The notes below the pieces were generated by a model. The model did no database searches and was not told the DNA's origin. It worked only from the letters and a program-made list of their open reading frames with translations. From positions 1 to 61,117 of IMG/VR virus record IMGVR_UViG_3300030330_002046: DNA of 61,117 bases, one strand, 5' to 3'. Below are positions 20,016 through 31,227 of the stretch, piece after piece. A program made the position numbers and the translations under genes. Each line of letters starts with the position of its first letter. Positions within the stretch are counted from its first letter, which is position 1. The DNA comes from a virus (lineage: Duplodnaviria > Caudoviricetes).

Positions 20016-20813
20016 TTACTTTATAGGACCATATAGCCCGTTATACATTAAAGCATCTTGCATTTGAAAATACTGTGGTGTTTGATTCGCAGGCAAGAAC
20101 ATATTCTGAGACTGAAAAGGAGACTGAAAGTTTCCTTGTATAGGTAATTGCATTGACTGAGGCACAATTGGTTGCTGAGGAAGTGAAGTTGGAACCGGAA
20201 GACTAGCAGGTGAAGAAACAGGGTCTAATGTAACAGCTTGTACATCACGATTGGTATCTACCTCACTGTTTGGACCGTAAAGCTCTGATGCTTGAAACGC
20301 TGCCATACCCATATTAGATAACCCTGCAAGACCTTGAGAAACAGCTTGATTAGATAAGTTCTGTGCTTGGGCAGCAGCTATACCTGCTCCCTCAGCCTGT
20401 GCTAAGTTAAGTTCTCTTCTAGCATCAGACAAATTTCGATTCTCTGTAGCAACCGCTGTCTCTAATGCTTGTTGGTCAGCTATTTGTTGAGCCGTAATAT
20501 CTTGTTCAGCTTTTAGATTTTGTGCAAGAACTCTACCTGCTGTAGCAGATGCTAATCTATCAGATTCAGCACCAATCTCCATACCTTGAGCAGCTACCTG
20601 AGCAAGCCTTTCTCTCTGTATCTCGTAAGGTTGCTTAGCTATACTAAGCTCTTCTGCATAATTTTTATCAAGCTCTTTTGCTGCATCTGCAAACGCTTTA
20701 TCTGCAGAAGCTTGAGCATCTTGTGCTAACTTGCTTTGTTTTGACGCTTGAGCAAAACTAGCTCCTGTACCTATAGCACTAATTGCTAAAGCTATTCCTG
20801 TTGCTACACCCAT
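20016..20813 (-). CDS. Putative internal virion (pilot-like) protein
   Basis: Gly/Ala hydrophobic N-terminus, Ala/Gln-rich helices. Confidence 0.6.
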   Translation of the reverse strand: MGVATGIALAISAIGTGASFAQASKQSKLAQDAQASADKAFADAAKELDKNYAEELSIAKQPYEIQRERLAQVAAQGMEIGAESDRLASATAGRVLAQNLKAEQDITAQQIADQQALETAVATENRNLSDARRELNLAQAEGAGIAAAQAQNLSNQAVSQGLAGLSNMGMAAFQASELYGPNSEVDTNRDVQAVTLDPVSSPASLPVPTSLPQQPIVPQSMQLPIQGNFQSPFQSQNMFLPANQTPQYFQMQDALMYNGLYGPIK

Positions 20814-20814
20814 A

Positions 20815-21225
20815 TTATAATACTTTAATCATTTCTTTATTATACGAATCACCCTGAGTATAACCTAAGCACTCATAAGTTTTTATAAGACCATCGTGCT
20901 TTATCAGAGCATATGTAAAACCTTTACCCATACCCTTAGCCATATTTGTTAGGCTATCTATGAGTAACTCTATAGCTTCTTTTCTGTTTGGTTTTACTCT
21001 ATATTGTTTATTAGATATAATCCAATCTACCCACGCTACTTTAGAGTTTGTGTTATATAAAAAACCTGCACAAACAGGTGTGTCACCATCATAAACTATA
21101 ATACCACCTTCACCATCTTGAGGTAAGAACTCACGCATCGGTGATTCCCATCCCCAATCTTTCCACCATCCGACAAGTATATTGTCGTAGTCCTCGTATT
21201 TTAATGGTATTATATTGAATTTCAT
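20815..21225 (-). CDS. GNAT-fold protein (position of T7 gp13-like genes)
   Basis: VCAGFLY...WIISNKQYR...LIKTYECLGY; lies between tail and ejection genes. Confidence 0.6.
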   Translation of the reverse strand: MKFNIIPLKYEDYDNILVGWWKDWGWESPMREFLPQDGEGGIIVYDGDTPVCAGFLYNTNSKVAWVDWIISNKQYRVKPNRKEAIELLIDSLTNMAKGMGKGFTYALIKHDGLIKTYECLGYTQGDSYNKEMIKVL

Positions 21226-21232
21226 TTATCAG

Positions 21233-21240
21233 CAAAGATA
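21233..21240 (-). promoter_or_regulatory. TAnnTTTG promoter element
   Basis: TATCTTTG just upstream of ATG 21225. Confidence 0.55.
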
Positions 21241-21246
21241 CTAAAT

Positions 21247-22059
21247 TTAAGGATAACTTTTAATTACGTCAGACTCTATAGAAAATAACTCACTTGCAGT
21301 AGTTACTACTGATGGTAAACTCAAAGTTATTTCAGCATAGTGACCTGATACCCCTGTAGATTCTGCTGCTGAATTTTTAGCTGCAAATATAAAGTCATTA
21401 GCAACCGGTGCATTACCCGAACCAACCGTAGTATCTATAACTACAGTTGTTGTCTCTGCTACTTGGTCTGTTGTGATAGACGTTATCCTACCTCCGTATG
21501 TAGCGAATGTATCACCTGATGACGCAAAGTATATGTAGTCATTTATATTTACAGAGCTACTAATATCTATATTAATATTAAAAACTATTGATGTAGCGTT
21601 AGCGGGACCTGAAACACTCGTGCATTCACCTATACCTCTAACACTTCTTGATTTATAATCAGACGCTGAAAGAGACGGTCCTGAAGAATCTACACCGTCA
21701 TTACGTAGATAGGCAAAGTATTGACCTTCTTTATTTTCAAAAGACCCACTATTAACGGTACTGCTCTGAGAGCCTATATCAGTACTTAAGTCAACAGCCC
21801 AAGCGTGAGTAGATTCTAAACTTATAGTTTTAAACACCTTATTCTCTAATGGTTGTTGATTTATAATAGTAGTTATTTCTGACCCTGTAACAACTCCATA
21901 AAATGTATTACGAGCAATATTAGTATTATGTCTATATAGCTGACCTTTATTGAAACTATATAAATAGTTATTCATTCCTATCATAAAGTCAGGGTAAAAA
22001 CTATAAAAAGATGGAAAACCCTTAGAGCTTTCGCTATATGTTAATGTGTAATTTGCCAT
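21247..22059 (-). CDS. Putative tail structural protein
   Basis: TLTYSE..KGFPSFYSF.PD.M..MNN.LYSF..GQLYRHN; resembles the C-terminal part of tail nozzle proteins. Confidence 0.55.
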   Translation of the reverse strand: MANYTLTYSESSKGFPSFYSFYPDFMIGMNNYLYSFNKGQLYRHNTNIARNTFYGVVTGSEITTIINQQPLENKVFKTISLESTHAWAVDLSTDIGSQSSTVNSGSFENKEGQYFAYLRNDGVDSSGPSLSASDYKSRSVRGIGECTSVSGPANATSIVFNINIDISSSVNINDYIYFASSGDTFATYGGRITSITTDQVAETTTVVIDTTVGSGNAPVANDFIFAAKNSAAESTGVSGHYAEITLSLPSVVTTASELFSIESDVIKSYP

Positions 22060-22060
22060 T

Positions 22061-23080
22061 TTAACAAGATTGTATTTCTGTTACTAATCCTCCTTGAACT
22101 CTAAAACTCCCATATTGCGTTGTTATACCTTCTAAAGATGTGCCTACAGCTCTATAATAACCATCACCCGTAGTTATACTAGCAACGGAATTATTAAATA
22201 TAAAGTCACCCACAGCTAAAACCCCACTTGTCTGAGACCTTACAGGTCCTATATATCTTGATACACCCATCACACTTGAGCAAGCACTAGAATGAGAGCT
22301 TTTACTCCCACTTGTGCTAATTAAAGTTAATGGCTGAGGACAACTTACTGATAATATAGGTCCAACACCAACGGTTGACGAGCCACAAGGTAGAATAAAT
22401 TCAATATCTAAATAATCATTTGCAACGGTATTTTTAGGTATATATCTTATAAGGTTACCCGCACTATATGAAGCAAAACCTGTAGCTAATTTATTAGTAG
22501 TAAGTAGACCACCGGCGTTACCCACTTGCTCCCATAATCCTGATACACTATTAAAGTGTAGTTTTGGAACATTAATTAATGCAGTGTTCCAATTAGAACA
22601 ATTTGATGTACCACCACTAGACTGAGTCCAAAAATAAGATAGAACAGTAGGGAGCGGTGCTTGATAAAGGTTAACACTAGCAAGAGCAGCAGAACTTGCA
22701 AAACCATTGTATTTAACACTATTAAATTGTAAATCTACACCAATAGGTTTAGTAGACACACCTCTTATCTCAACCTTTATAGCACCTATATCGCTACCAA
22801 AAGAAACAGAGCCTCTAAGCGTAGCAGGTCCTGTAAAATCAGAAGGAGGAGAAAAAAGAACTTCGTCAGAACAACTAGTTGTGCAAGATTCGCAATTATT
22901 AGAAACATCACCCATCAATATTTGTCCTGATGAATTAGGAGTAGATAACTGCTGTCTAATAACAACACCATCACTATAGTAACCGGATGGAGCTAATGTA
23001 GTCATCTCTTCATCAGTGTAAACTGCTGATGCACTTGATAAATTTGATGCGTTTATATAAAATGTATTAAAAGTTCCCAT
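22061..23080 (-). CDS. Putative tail/virion structural protein (Ser/Thr/Gly-rich)
   Basis: LAPSGYYSDG motif; beta-rich; tail block. Confidence 0.5.
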   Translation of the reverse strand: MGTFNTFYINASNLSSASAVYTDEEMTTLAPSGYYSDGVVIRQQLSTPNSSGQILMGDVSNNCESCTTSCSDEVLFSPPSDFTGPATLRGSVSFGSDIGAIKVEIRGVSTKPIGVDLQFNSVKYNGFASSAALASVNLYQAPLPTVLSYFWTQSSGGTSNCSNWNTALINVPKLHFNSVSGLWEQVGNAGGLLTTNKLATGFASYSAGNLIRYIPKNTVANDYLDIEFILPCGSSTVGVGPILSVSCPQPLTLISTSGSKSSHSSACSSVMGVSRYIGPVRSQTSGVLAVGDFIFNNSVASITTGDGYYRAVGTSLEGITTQYGSFRVQGGLVTEIQSC

Positions 23081-23089
23081 AATTTATTA

Positions 23090-26000
23090 TTAAGTACAAT
23101 CACATTCAACAATTTGTATTTGAATACCGCTCGTTGCAGGTGTTACAACAGGAGTCGTTTGAGAGCAAATATCTATAGTATTCTTACCTGAACTTAATGA
23201 TGTGCTTTGAGTAGCACCATTTGTATCCGTATAAGAAATTGATACTGTTTCAGTTCCACCATTTTGTATTCTGTATTTAACATTTGTCTGAGCACAAGCA
23301 CATTCACAACAAACATCTTGAAGAACAGTATCACTACAAAGGAATTTGGATGGGTTCGCTCTAAGGTCCCAAACTAAATATAAATAGTCATAACTACCTG
23401 TTGGTACAGTAAAGTTTGCAATAGTTGTATTACCCGATACTGAAGGTGTAAACCTATTTGAAGCTCCACCTGACTTTATAGCTGCTAATAAAGCATTTAT
23501 TTGAGTAGTTGTGTTATTATATAAAGTATTAGTAGCAAGCATTAAAAATTTATCCCCTGAGCTTATATTATATGAATCAGTACTATATTTTATAGCTCTC
23601 ATAATTAAATCCTGACCTTTTATAGGTATACTACCTTCACCTTGAATGCCATCAAATACTTGATAATAAGACCTTTTTAAATAATCTGATGAGTATTCAA
23701 ATGAAACAGGAACTTCAGGAGAGCCCACATAAATAGTTCCATCAGTATATCTCCAATTATGGTGTATACTACTAAAAGTATCTTGAGGGCTAGTTAAAAC
23801 AATATCAACAACACTCAAAGGATTACCAAGAACACACTTAGTTGTTAAGTTAAAATCAGCAGTACCGTTACTAGCTGTAACAGTTACCGTATATTTATTT
23901 ACATTTCTTTTATTTTTATTAAAAGTAACACTACCAAGACCACTAATTGCTTGATTTATAACGGTTGACCCATCCCAATTAACTTCTATGTCTACAGGTG
24001 CAGAAGTAGGAACTTCAAATTGTATACTTACATCACCTATACCTGACTGAGTCTCAACGCAAAAACTAGATACTGCGTTACTTTTTAAAATAAATGATTG
24101 TTTTTGACCGCAAGGTATACATTTCTCTGTAGTAGGAAGTTCAATATTATTATTAGATAATACATACTCATTCATGTACGGGTCGTAAGCACCTAACTTT
24201 TGAGTGTTAAAATTATCTTTAAATAAATCTCTAAACCAACTTCTCATGCCTGCATCAGATATAACAATTAGCTGCTCAGAAGAACCTGAAGCTCCTTTTA
24301 GCTGTATTAAAGCACCTCTCTTAGCATCAGCAAAAAACTTATCGTAACCATAAGCTACAAAACTTTCAGTATTATGGCTTATTCCGTACTCTTCAATTCT
24401 AGCTACTTGCTTACCTAAAACCTCAGGGACAGATGTTAAAACATCACCACCTGCTGCGTCAGATAATAAATTCTTACCTGAGAGCACATAAGATATTTTA
24501 TCTTCTTGAAGTGCTAATACATCAGTTTCTCTTGCGTATATTTTATTTAAAGCACCAAAAGAATCTTCTAATGACTTAAAGTTTGCTAACCCTAAGTTAA
24601 ACTCATTAAGTCTATTTAAGTTAGTCTCATCATTGTATATACCACTGTAAGTAATATCACTATCTCTATGAACTTCCTTGTAATCTTGTTCAGAAATAGT
24701 TGTTACTCTATTTCCAAGCTGCATAGACTTTCCTTTTATAGAATCTCTTATGGTAAAACTTTCAACACCATTACCAAAAGTAAAGCAGTTTGCAAACCTT
24801 AAATGAAGTATTGCAGGTTGAGAAGATGATTGGTCTTGGTCTTGAGCATCAGCAAAATTACCTCCATCAAGATGGTATCCCGTAGATGTGTCAATAGGGT
24901 ATGTATCTTGACCCTCATACCATACATCAGGTAAAGACTCTGAAGGCTCAGTTTCAAATGCTATAACACTACCACTTCTAAAAATTTCAAAAGTAGCTTT
25001 AATTTTTGCATCACCCCCACTACCCGAACAAGATTGCATTCCTGTCATAATAAATTTAATCTCATCAGTAGTTGCGTCTCTAGCCCATTGGTATCTGTTA
25101 GTAGTGAAAGAAGCTCCATCTATAAAGTCATTTATTTGAGATTGAGTTGTAAGGTTTCCTGATATATATTCATTATTAACACTCGAAGGTGTTCTTTCTC
25201 CCGAATCAATAATATCACCTATGTTTTGACCATTCCACCAAGCAATTATATCAGGATATTCAACAGGTGATATAAATTCTCTTACTAATTTGTAACTTCT
25301 GTATTCACAACCAAAAGGTCTTCTATTTCTATAAAAATCAAAATTAATATTTATCCTTGTACCTGCAGGAATATTTTGTTGTGTAAAGTTACCTGAGTCA
25401 TCTTCTGTAGAAAATCCTTTATACTGAAGAGAAACTCTTTGACCACCTGAGTTTTCTTCTGCCGATTGCATTCCCGGCAATATATCAGTTCCATTAGTTT
25501 TTGAAGTTGAAAAGTTATTAGCAAGCATTTTCATATAAACACCTGCAGGAGATTCTACACCTGTCAAAAAGTTTTCACTTTGAGACTTTTTTTCTAAAAC
25601 AGTAGCCTTAACTAATCTATTTAAAGCATCTAAAGAATCTTTTTTGACTATTAAAACATCACCTTCCTCAACCTTTTGAATATTTTCACCTTCTAAAAGA
25701 AAATAAGTGTGACCATCAGAAGTATCTGTATAATAGAACCTAGAATATATTGTCTCATACTTTTCACCATCAGGTTTAATTACAAACTTATATCTTTTAG
25801 CAAAGCTAGGTGCTAACTGAGTAGTTGGTATAGTAACCTTTATTTTATTCTGACTAACACTATTTTCACTTGGTATTTTAACGGTATTATCTTGACTTGT
25901 TAAAGCTGTTGTAGCTCTATTAAATTCATCCATATACACAATACCAACCTGATAGCCTCTATTACTATGTAAGCTTTCAGGAACAGCTATTTTTTGAAAT

Positions 26001-27730
26001 GCAGCTTCTGCTGCAGTTATATCATAGTACTCATAAATAGTATTTGACGCACTTGGACTTGATGTGTCTGAAGTGTAAGACATAGCTAAAATACTAATTA
26101 CAATAGTTGTATTGTTTTCAACTGTAACTGTTATAGGTTGGTCTGTGCCTGTAATACCACTTTTATATTTATAGTATGGAATACCGTTAATATCAGATAG
26201 GTCATTTTTTAATAAACAATTAAAATTATCAGTAAAACTAGTACCACTACAAAAATTGTTAGCGACAGTTTCTATTTCACTAGATAAACCTATTGCTGAT
26301 TGAAACTGATTACTTTCTATAAGCTCCTCTATAGAATCATAATCTTTACTTAAGGTAAAACTAAATCCCATAGCAATATTTTCATTTGTCTGCGTAGGTT
26401 TGGGAGTAGGATTTCCATTAAAAATATTATGGCTTACATTAAAAGAAAAGCTTAATGTAGAGCCACTAACTAAATCATTATTTATATCTTCTAAATCTAC
26501 CTTAAAAGTACCTTTTGATGTTACATTGCCAAATAAAGAATATGTTTTATTTATAGGTGTTTCAGGATTTAATAATGTTGTTGAAATAGTTCTTTCTTCA
26601 AGCTCTGTAAAATAATCAATATTAACTCCATCTCCATTTCTAGTTAAATCATATCCATCAACATAATTACCATACATTAATCGGTTACCCATTAATGTTT
26701 GAGTTTTAGCTTTTAATGGAACATTATCATATAATCTTAATATCTCACCTGATGATAAAACTGTAAATATTTTGTTATCAGTAAATGTGTAGTTGTAAAC
26801 TGTACTATCTAAGTAATTAAATTTAGTTTTATTTATTTTTTCAACAACTCTTATTTGAGGTGAGTCTGACTCTTTTACTAATATTTCTATATTTTTAACT
26901 CTACTTTCTCCTGAATTAAACTCAACATTTACAGTTGTAAATGTATTTGTCATACCCTCATTTAAATTAGTTTCAACAGATAAATTAAAAATATTTGGGC
27001 TAAATACAGGGTTACTAAATACAGATGTAGCAGAATACTCGTTATCATCATATTGATACCTATAACCAAAACAAATAAATCTTTCTTCTAAATAAGGATT
27101 TGATTCATTAGTTTTAACACCTGTTACTATTGGTGCTTGAGAAGGTGGCTTAACTATTACTTCTATATCCTGAGATGGAAAACCATCATTAGCACTAAGG
27201 CTAGTTGGGTATGGATAGTTTTTATTTACATTTATTTTTCTTGGAGGGTTATAGTTGTCTGTAAAAAATAATAAATCACCAACCATGTTAACCTCAGTAA
27301 TTAAATATTGAGGGTTAAAATTTAATGTTGTGTTAGTAGGGTCATTTTCATTCTTAAAGCTAACTATGTGATACTCAGTACTCTGAGTTCCTACATTATA
27401 TGAAACAATTAAATCAGCTTTGCCTGTGGATACAGAAGGTTGATTACTGTCATGTATAAACCAATATATTGTTTCATTAGCACCATCTTCAAAAGCTCCT
27501 ATACATTTTGCATTGTCACTTAAATTATATTCAGTTGCACCAAAAACACCTAAGTTTATTGTTGTTAAAACCTCATTACCTTTTGTTGATTCAACAGAAC
27601 CAACTTCAGATTCTTCGGTAGAACCAAGACGAACATTCATTGCATCTACATATTCACCGTTAGGTATAAGTCTTTCATCGAGAGACTTATTCATTCTCCC
27701 TTTTATAAAATGCCTTTTACTTTTCGCCAT
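23090..27730 (-). CDS. Tail stabilisation/nozzle (muzzle-like) protein
   Basis: FIKGRMNKSLDERLIPNGEYVDAMNVR N-terminus, LLFFTDNYNPPRKIN, YGISHNTESF. Confidence 0.7.
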   Translation of the reverse strand: MAKSKRHFIKGRMNKSLDERLIPNGEYVDAMNVRLGSTEESEVGSVESTKGNEVLTTINLGVFGATEYNLSDNAKCIGAFEDGANETIYWFIHDSNQPSVSTGKADLIVSYNVGTQSTEYHIVSFKNENDPTNTTLNFNPQYLITEVNMVGDLLFFTDNYNPPRKINVNKNYPYPTSLSANDGFPSQDIEVIVKPPSQAPIVTGVKTNESNPYLEERFICFGYRYQYDDNEYSATSVFSNPVFSPNIFNLSVETNLNEGMTNTFTTVNVEFNSGESRVKNIEILVKESDSPQIRVVEKINKTKFNYLDSTVYNYTFTDNKIFTVLSSGEILRLYDNVPLKAKTQTLMGNRLMYGNYVDGYDLTRNGDGVNIDYFTELEERTISTTLLNPETPINKTYSLFGNVTSKGTFKVDLEDINNDLVSGSTLSFSFNVSHNIFNGNPTPKPTQTNENIAMGFSFTLSKDYDSIEELIESNQFQSAIGLSSEIETVANNFCSGTSFTDNFNCLLKNDLSDINGIPYYKYKSGITGTDQPITVTVENNTTIVISILAMSYTSDTSSPSASNTIYEYYDITAAEAAFQKIAVPESLHSNRGYQVGIVYMDEFNRATTALTSQDNTVKIPSENSVSQNKIKVTIPTTQLAPSFAKRYKFVIKPDGEKYETIYSRFYYTDTSDGHTYFLLEGENIQKVEEGDVLIVKKDSLDALNRLVKATVLEKKSQSENFLTGVESPAGVYMKMLANNFSTSKTNGTDILPGMQSAEENSGGQRVSLQYKGFSTEDDSGNFTQQNIPAGTRININFDFYRNRRPFGCEYRSYKLVREFISPVEYPDIIAWWNGQNIGDIIDSGERTPSSVNNEYISGNLTTQSQINDFIDGASFTTNRYQWARDATTDEIKFIMTGMQSCSGSGGDAKIKATFEIFRSGSVIAFETEPSESLPDVWYEGQDTYPIDTSTGYHLDGGNFADAQDQDQSSSQPAILHLRFANCFTFGNGVESFTIRDSIKGKSMQLGNRVTTISEQDYKEVHRDSDITYSGIYNDETNLNRLNEFNLGLANFKSLEDSFGALNKIYARETDVLALQEDKISYVLSGKNLLSDAAGGDVLTSVPEVLGKQVARIEEYGISHNTESFVAYGYDKFFADAKRGALIQLKGASGSSEQLIVISDAGMRSWFRDLFKDNFNTQKLGAYDPYMNEYVLSNNNIELPTTEKCIPCGQKQSFILKSNAVSSFCVETQSGIGDVSIQFEVPTSAPVDIEVNWDGSTVINQAISGLGSVTFNKNKRNVNKYTVTVTASNGTADFNLTTKCVLGNPLSVVDIVLTSPQDTFSSIHHNWRYTDGTIYVGSPEVPVSFEYSSDYLKRSYYQVFDGIQGEGSIPIKGQDLIMRAIKYSTDSYNISSGDKFLMLATNTLYNNTTTQINALLAAIKSGGASNRFTPSVSGNTTIANFTVPTGSYDYLYLVWDLRANPSKFLCSDTVLQDVCCECACAQTNVKYRIQNGGTETVSISYTDTNGATQSTSLSSGKNTIDICSQTTPVVTPATSGIQIQIVECDCT

Positions 27731-27731
27731 A

Positions 27732-28655
27732 TTACTTTATCCACTTAGATTGACCACGTAGATTCATAAGCAATCTACCCGGATGAATATTACTCATTCT
27801 AATTTTTGCATTTCTTAACAACGCAGATTTTCTTCTTTGTGCTCTTCTAACAACATATTCTTGAACACCAAGTTTACTATTTAATAAAGCGTATTCAACA
27901 TAAGCATATATGTAATCTTCAAATAGTTTATTTACAGAAACTAATGAGTCATCCCCACTTTCCATACCATCAGAAACATACTCTAAAACTACAAGTTCAC
28001 CTGCCATTGTAGAATCAAAATTAATAACGCCTGAGCGTTTATCTATTTTAAATGTAGGGTTACAGTTGGCAGTCTCTGAATTTAATCCGTAACGAGCTCC
28101 TACGGTATAATCAAAATACCATTTTCCATCACAACAATATCCTTCTTTATTGTCAAAAGGACTTTTATCATTTAAGTATATACTTTTTTTACTTCCTGTA
28201 ATTCTGTCAATATCTAATTGTGAATATTCAGGACTTAAAGCGTTTCCGTTTTCATCAAAAAGTATGTCATAATTATTGTCTTGTAAATAACCTTTTGCTG
28301 AAGTTAAGTTAATATTTTCAGTTAATGGCTGCAATAAACCATTCTTGTTTAAAGAAACTCTAACCCAATTAACATAATCAGCCGGTAAAATAAATCTGCA
28401 AGTATCATTAACTTGAAGCTCTAAAGCTTTTATTTCTTTAAAAGCATCATAGTTTAATTCTTGGATACCTCTTTTAGCATGAAATAATATTTTAAACCTT
28501 TCTTCATTATTTACTAATGAGTGGTTTCCTTGATACATAAGCATAAAATTATTTACAATATCTTTTAAGCTAACGTATTGGTAAGAACCCCAATTTTTAT
28601 CTTTAGGGCTGTTACCGTCATTTTCGTAATATTGATACTCAGTTAAATATGCCAT
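27732..28655 (-). CDS. Putative tail ring/adaptor protein
   Basis: ILPADYVNWVRVS motif; position after capsid genes. Confidence 0.55.
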   Translation of the reverse strand: MAYLTEYQYYENDGNSPKDKNWGSYQYVSLKDIVNNFMLMYQGNHSLVNNEERFKILFHAKRGIQELNYDAFKEIKALELQVNDTCRFILPADYVNWVRVSLNKNGLLQPLTENINLTSAKGYLQDNNYDILFDENGNALSPEYSQLDIDRITGSKKSIYLNDKSPFDNKEGYCCDGKWYFDYTVGARYGLNSETANCNPTFKIDKRSGVINFDSTMAGELVVLEYVSDGMESGDDSLVSVNKLFEDYIYAYVEYALLNSKLGVQEYVVRRAQRRKSALLRNAKIRMSNIHPGRLLMNLRGQSKWIK

Positions 28656-29416
28656 TATTTTTTACTAGTTTTTTTCTGTGTATTTTGTAGATTACCTTTC
28701 ATTTCTTCATTGTTTGCAAAAGACATAACCATAGGTTCTCTAATTTCTAATCCTGCGTACTTTAATATATTATTAACTAAATCATTAAAGTAATCTTTTG
28801 GCAATTCAAAGTCTTGGTAATCAGTTGCTGATGCGTTAAATATAGGAGCCTGACCTATTAAAGTACTGTTATAAGTCCAAACAGGGTCTTTAGGGTATCT
28901 TACATATCTACAAAGAACGTCTGTAGCACCATTAATTGTGTTAGGATAAACGCCTAATTGGTCTCCTGTAACAACATATATTGGAAAAGACTTGCTAGGT
29001 TTTGTAATTGAAGATGAGTTTAAAACATCTAACTTTCCACTATCAACTTTTTCAGCTTCATTTAAAAATACATTATTTGAATAACAACTTATACTATTTA
29101 TATAATAAAAATCAGAACCTGTTGTTGCTGCTGAAGGCATATAATAAAAGTTTTGATTAGCACTAACTTGAGTTAAATTTATATTAACTAAAAACAAATC
29201 TATTACTTCACGTATATTTTTAGTAATATTAGCATAATCTGTCCCGGACCTTCTTACATTTTCTAAATTTATCTGAGTGTTATATTGGTAAAACAAGTTT
29301 TCAAATATTTCTAGTTGAGCTTGTTTAGCGTACAAGTTAAAATCAGACGGTGAAAGATATCCGTAGTTGTTTTTATTTAAAGCGGCAAGAACCGTACTTC
29401 TTACTGAATCTATCAT
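28655..29416 (-). CDS. Putative tail ring/adaptor protein
   Basis: FNLYAKQAQLEIF, YVRYPKDP, ELPKDYFNDLV. Confidence 0.55.
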   Translation of the reverse strand: MIDSVRSTVLAALNKNNYGYLSPSDFNLYAKQAQLEIFENLFYQYNTQINLENVRRSGTDYANITKNIREVIDLFLVNINLTQVSANQNFYYMPSAATTGSDFYYINSISCYSNNVFLNEAEKVDSGKLDVLNSSSITKPSKSFPIYVVTGDQLGVYPNTINGATDVLCRYVRYPKDPVWTYNSTLIGQAPIFNASATDYQDFELPKDYFNDLVNNILKYAGLEIREPMVMSFANNEEMKGNLQNTQKKTSKK

Positions 29417-29431
29417 TTTTAAATATTTTTA

Positions 29432-29439
29432 CAAATATA
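29432..29439 (-). promoter_or_regulatory. TAnnTTTG promoter element
   Basis: TATATTTG upstream of ATG 29416, right after a terminator. Confidence 0.6.
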
Positions 29440-29442
29440 CGC

Positions 29443-29473
29443 AAAAAAAAAGAGCCCTATAAAAGAGCTCTTT
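29443..29473 (-). terminator. Intrinsic terminator
   Basis: aaaagagc...gctctttt inverted repeat with A run on + strand. Confidence 0.6.
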
Positions 29474-29491
29474 ATATATAGTATTAATCTA

Positions 29492-30070
29492 TTAACTCAA
29501 TCTATAAAACAACATTCCTATATCTGAAGTAGGAGTAAATTCTGTTTTTTTAGTATATGAACCTCTTAAAGATTCATCTACAATATCAATAAATTTATTA
29601 GCCATTTTTTCATTATTTGCTGCTCCTACAGTTAAAACATTATCAGATTTTCTATAATAAAATATTCTATATTCATTTTCTGTTGAATCATCACTAGCAA
29701 CCATTAGCCTTATATAAGACCCATGGGCAGAAGAATTACTAACTTCAAAATATTCAATGTTCTCAGGCTCAAGATAAATAGTCATTGTTTCAGAAGGTCT
29801 TACTATTACATATTTATCACCTGTTGAAAATCCTGAAGCGTTAGTTTCAAATGTTATTGTATTTTCGTCAACTACAGTATCTACAACAAATAATTTAACA
29901 TTTGTGTTTGTAACAGGAATATATTTATATATTAAATCACCTGCTTGAACACCTTGAGTTGCAAAACTAGCTGAACTATCTATTAATTGAGTTGCACTAT
30001 CACTAGTAGCTGCTTTGGAAGAACCTAAGCTTGCTACAATTTTTGGCATTTTAATTTTTATAACTGACAT
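29492..30070 (-). CDS. Hypothetical virion protein
   Basis: LIDSSASF...GVQAGDLIY, similar to LTDADGDF...RVKVGDIIY in 50561-51040. Confidence 0.55.
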   Translation of the reverse strand: MSVIKIKMPKIVASLGSSKAATSDSATQLIDSSASFATQGVQAGDLIYKYIPVTNTNVKLFVVDTVVDENTITFETNASGFSTGDKYVIVRPSETMTIYLEPENIEYFEVSNSSAHGSYIRLMVASDDSTENEYRIFYYRKSDNVLTVGAANNEKMANKFIDIVDESLRGSYTKKTEFTPTSDIGMLFYRLS

Positions 30071-30080
30071 ATTTTTTTAT

Positions 30081-30374
30081 TTAAAAATCTATTTCCACCA
30101 CAGTAGGTGCGTTAGGTATTTCAAAAATATTATTTGTAAGAGAAGAAGTTTTTGCTTCATATATAGTGTCTATCAATTGTTGTGCTTCCTTAACTCCACC
30201 TTCAAGCTTTACAATAAAAGGAGTTTCTCCTAAATAAACAAGTTTGTTTGAAATGGTCACATCAATTTCAGTGCTTCCCATTGCAGTAATGATTGCAAAA
30301 TTTACATTTGAAACATTTAAAAGTTTAGGACCTAATATTTCGTCATCAACATTTAATTTTAAAAACTTAGTCAT
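30081..30374 (-). CDS. Hypothetical protein
   Basis: 97-aa ORF; TATCTTTG element at 30404-30411 upstream. Confidence 0.65.
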   Translation of the reverse strand: MTKFLKLNVDDEILGPKLLNVSNVNFAIITAMGSTEIDVTISNKLVYLGETPFIVKLEGGVKEAQQLIDTIYEAKTSSLTNNIFEIPNAPTVVEIDF

Positions 30375-30414
30375 AAGAAAATTTTCTTAGTTTAATATAA
30401 GCACAAAGATAATA

Positions 30415-30440
30415 AAAAAAAAGGAAGCATTTCTGCTTCC
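30415..30440 (-). terminator. Intrinsic terminator
   Basis: ggaagca-tttc-tgcttcc with A run on + strand. Confidence 0.7.
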
Positions 30441-30445
30441 ATTTT

Positions 30446-31195
30446 TTACTTGGTTTCAAGTATTTTATCTAAATATGATAGAGTTTCTAACCCCTCATCA
30501 CTTTGAAGATATGAGCTTATTGAGTGAACAGGGTCATCGCCAAATGGTATTACTAACATTCGTTTCTTATTAGTTGGTGTGTTAAAATACACCTCACTTT
30601 TATTCTTTCTAAATGTAAGAATACTCTTATCAATAAATGTTTTAACCTTAGCGTCCATACTTAATGAAGCATCCTTAGCTAATGCCATAAAGCCTTTAGG
30701 GTCATCCTTTGCAAATATTAATATATCTCTTCTTAATTCTGAAGATGTTATAGTGCTTGGGTCTGTACCAAAAGCTACTTTTGTTATAGCTTCAATTTGC
30801 TCTATATCTAGCTCTCTAGCCATTATTAAAGCATCTACCTCTAAGTTTAGGTCTTCAACAATATCAGCAGCATCTTTAGCTTTATCTACCCTAACATATA
30901 TTTTATCAAGTGCAGGGTGACATTCTAAAAACTTTTGTAAAGCTTGATTTTCTTTTTTTACGTGTAAAAATCCGTCTATAAATTCTACAGGCTCTAATAT
31001 TACATTACCGTCCTGCTCGTCAACGAATGGTGAGTTTTGATTCCTTGCATACCTTAGCTCTCTGTTCTGACCTGTATCATTATCAAACCAAAGCAAAGGT
31101 TGTCTTTTAGTACTTTTAGACTGTATTATAAGAGATAGCGGAGTAGCTTCTCTTTTAAGTTTGTAGGTTACATCTACAAGTGTATTTTTTTTCAT
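30446..31195 (-). CDS. Hypothetical protein downstream of major capsid gene
   Basis: 249-aa ORF. Confidence 0.7.
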   Translation of the reverse strand: MKKNTLVDVTYKLKREATPLSLIIQSKSTKRQPLLWFDNDTGQNRELRYARNQNSPFVDEQDGNVILEPVEFIDGFLHVKKENQALQKFLECHPALDKIYVRVDKAKDAADIVEDLNLEVDALIMARELDIEQIEAITKVAFGTDPSTITSSELRRDILIFAKDDPKGFMALAKDASLSMDAKVKTFIDKSILTFRKNKSEVYFNTPTNKKRMLVIPFGDDPVHSISSYLQSDEGLETLSYLDKILETK

Positions 31196-31227
31196 TTGAG
31201 TAAAATTTAATTTAATTTAAAAAAAGT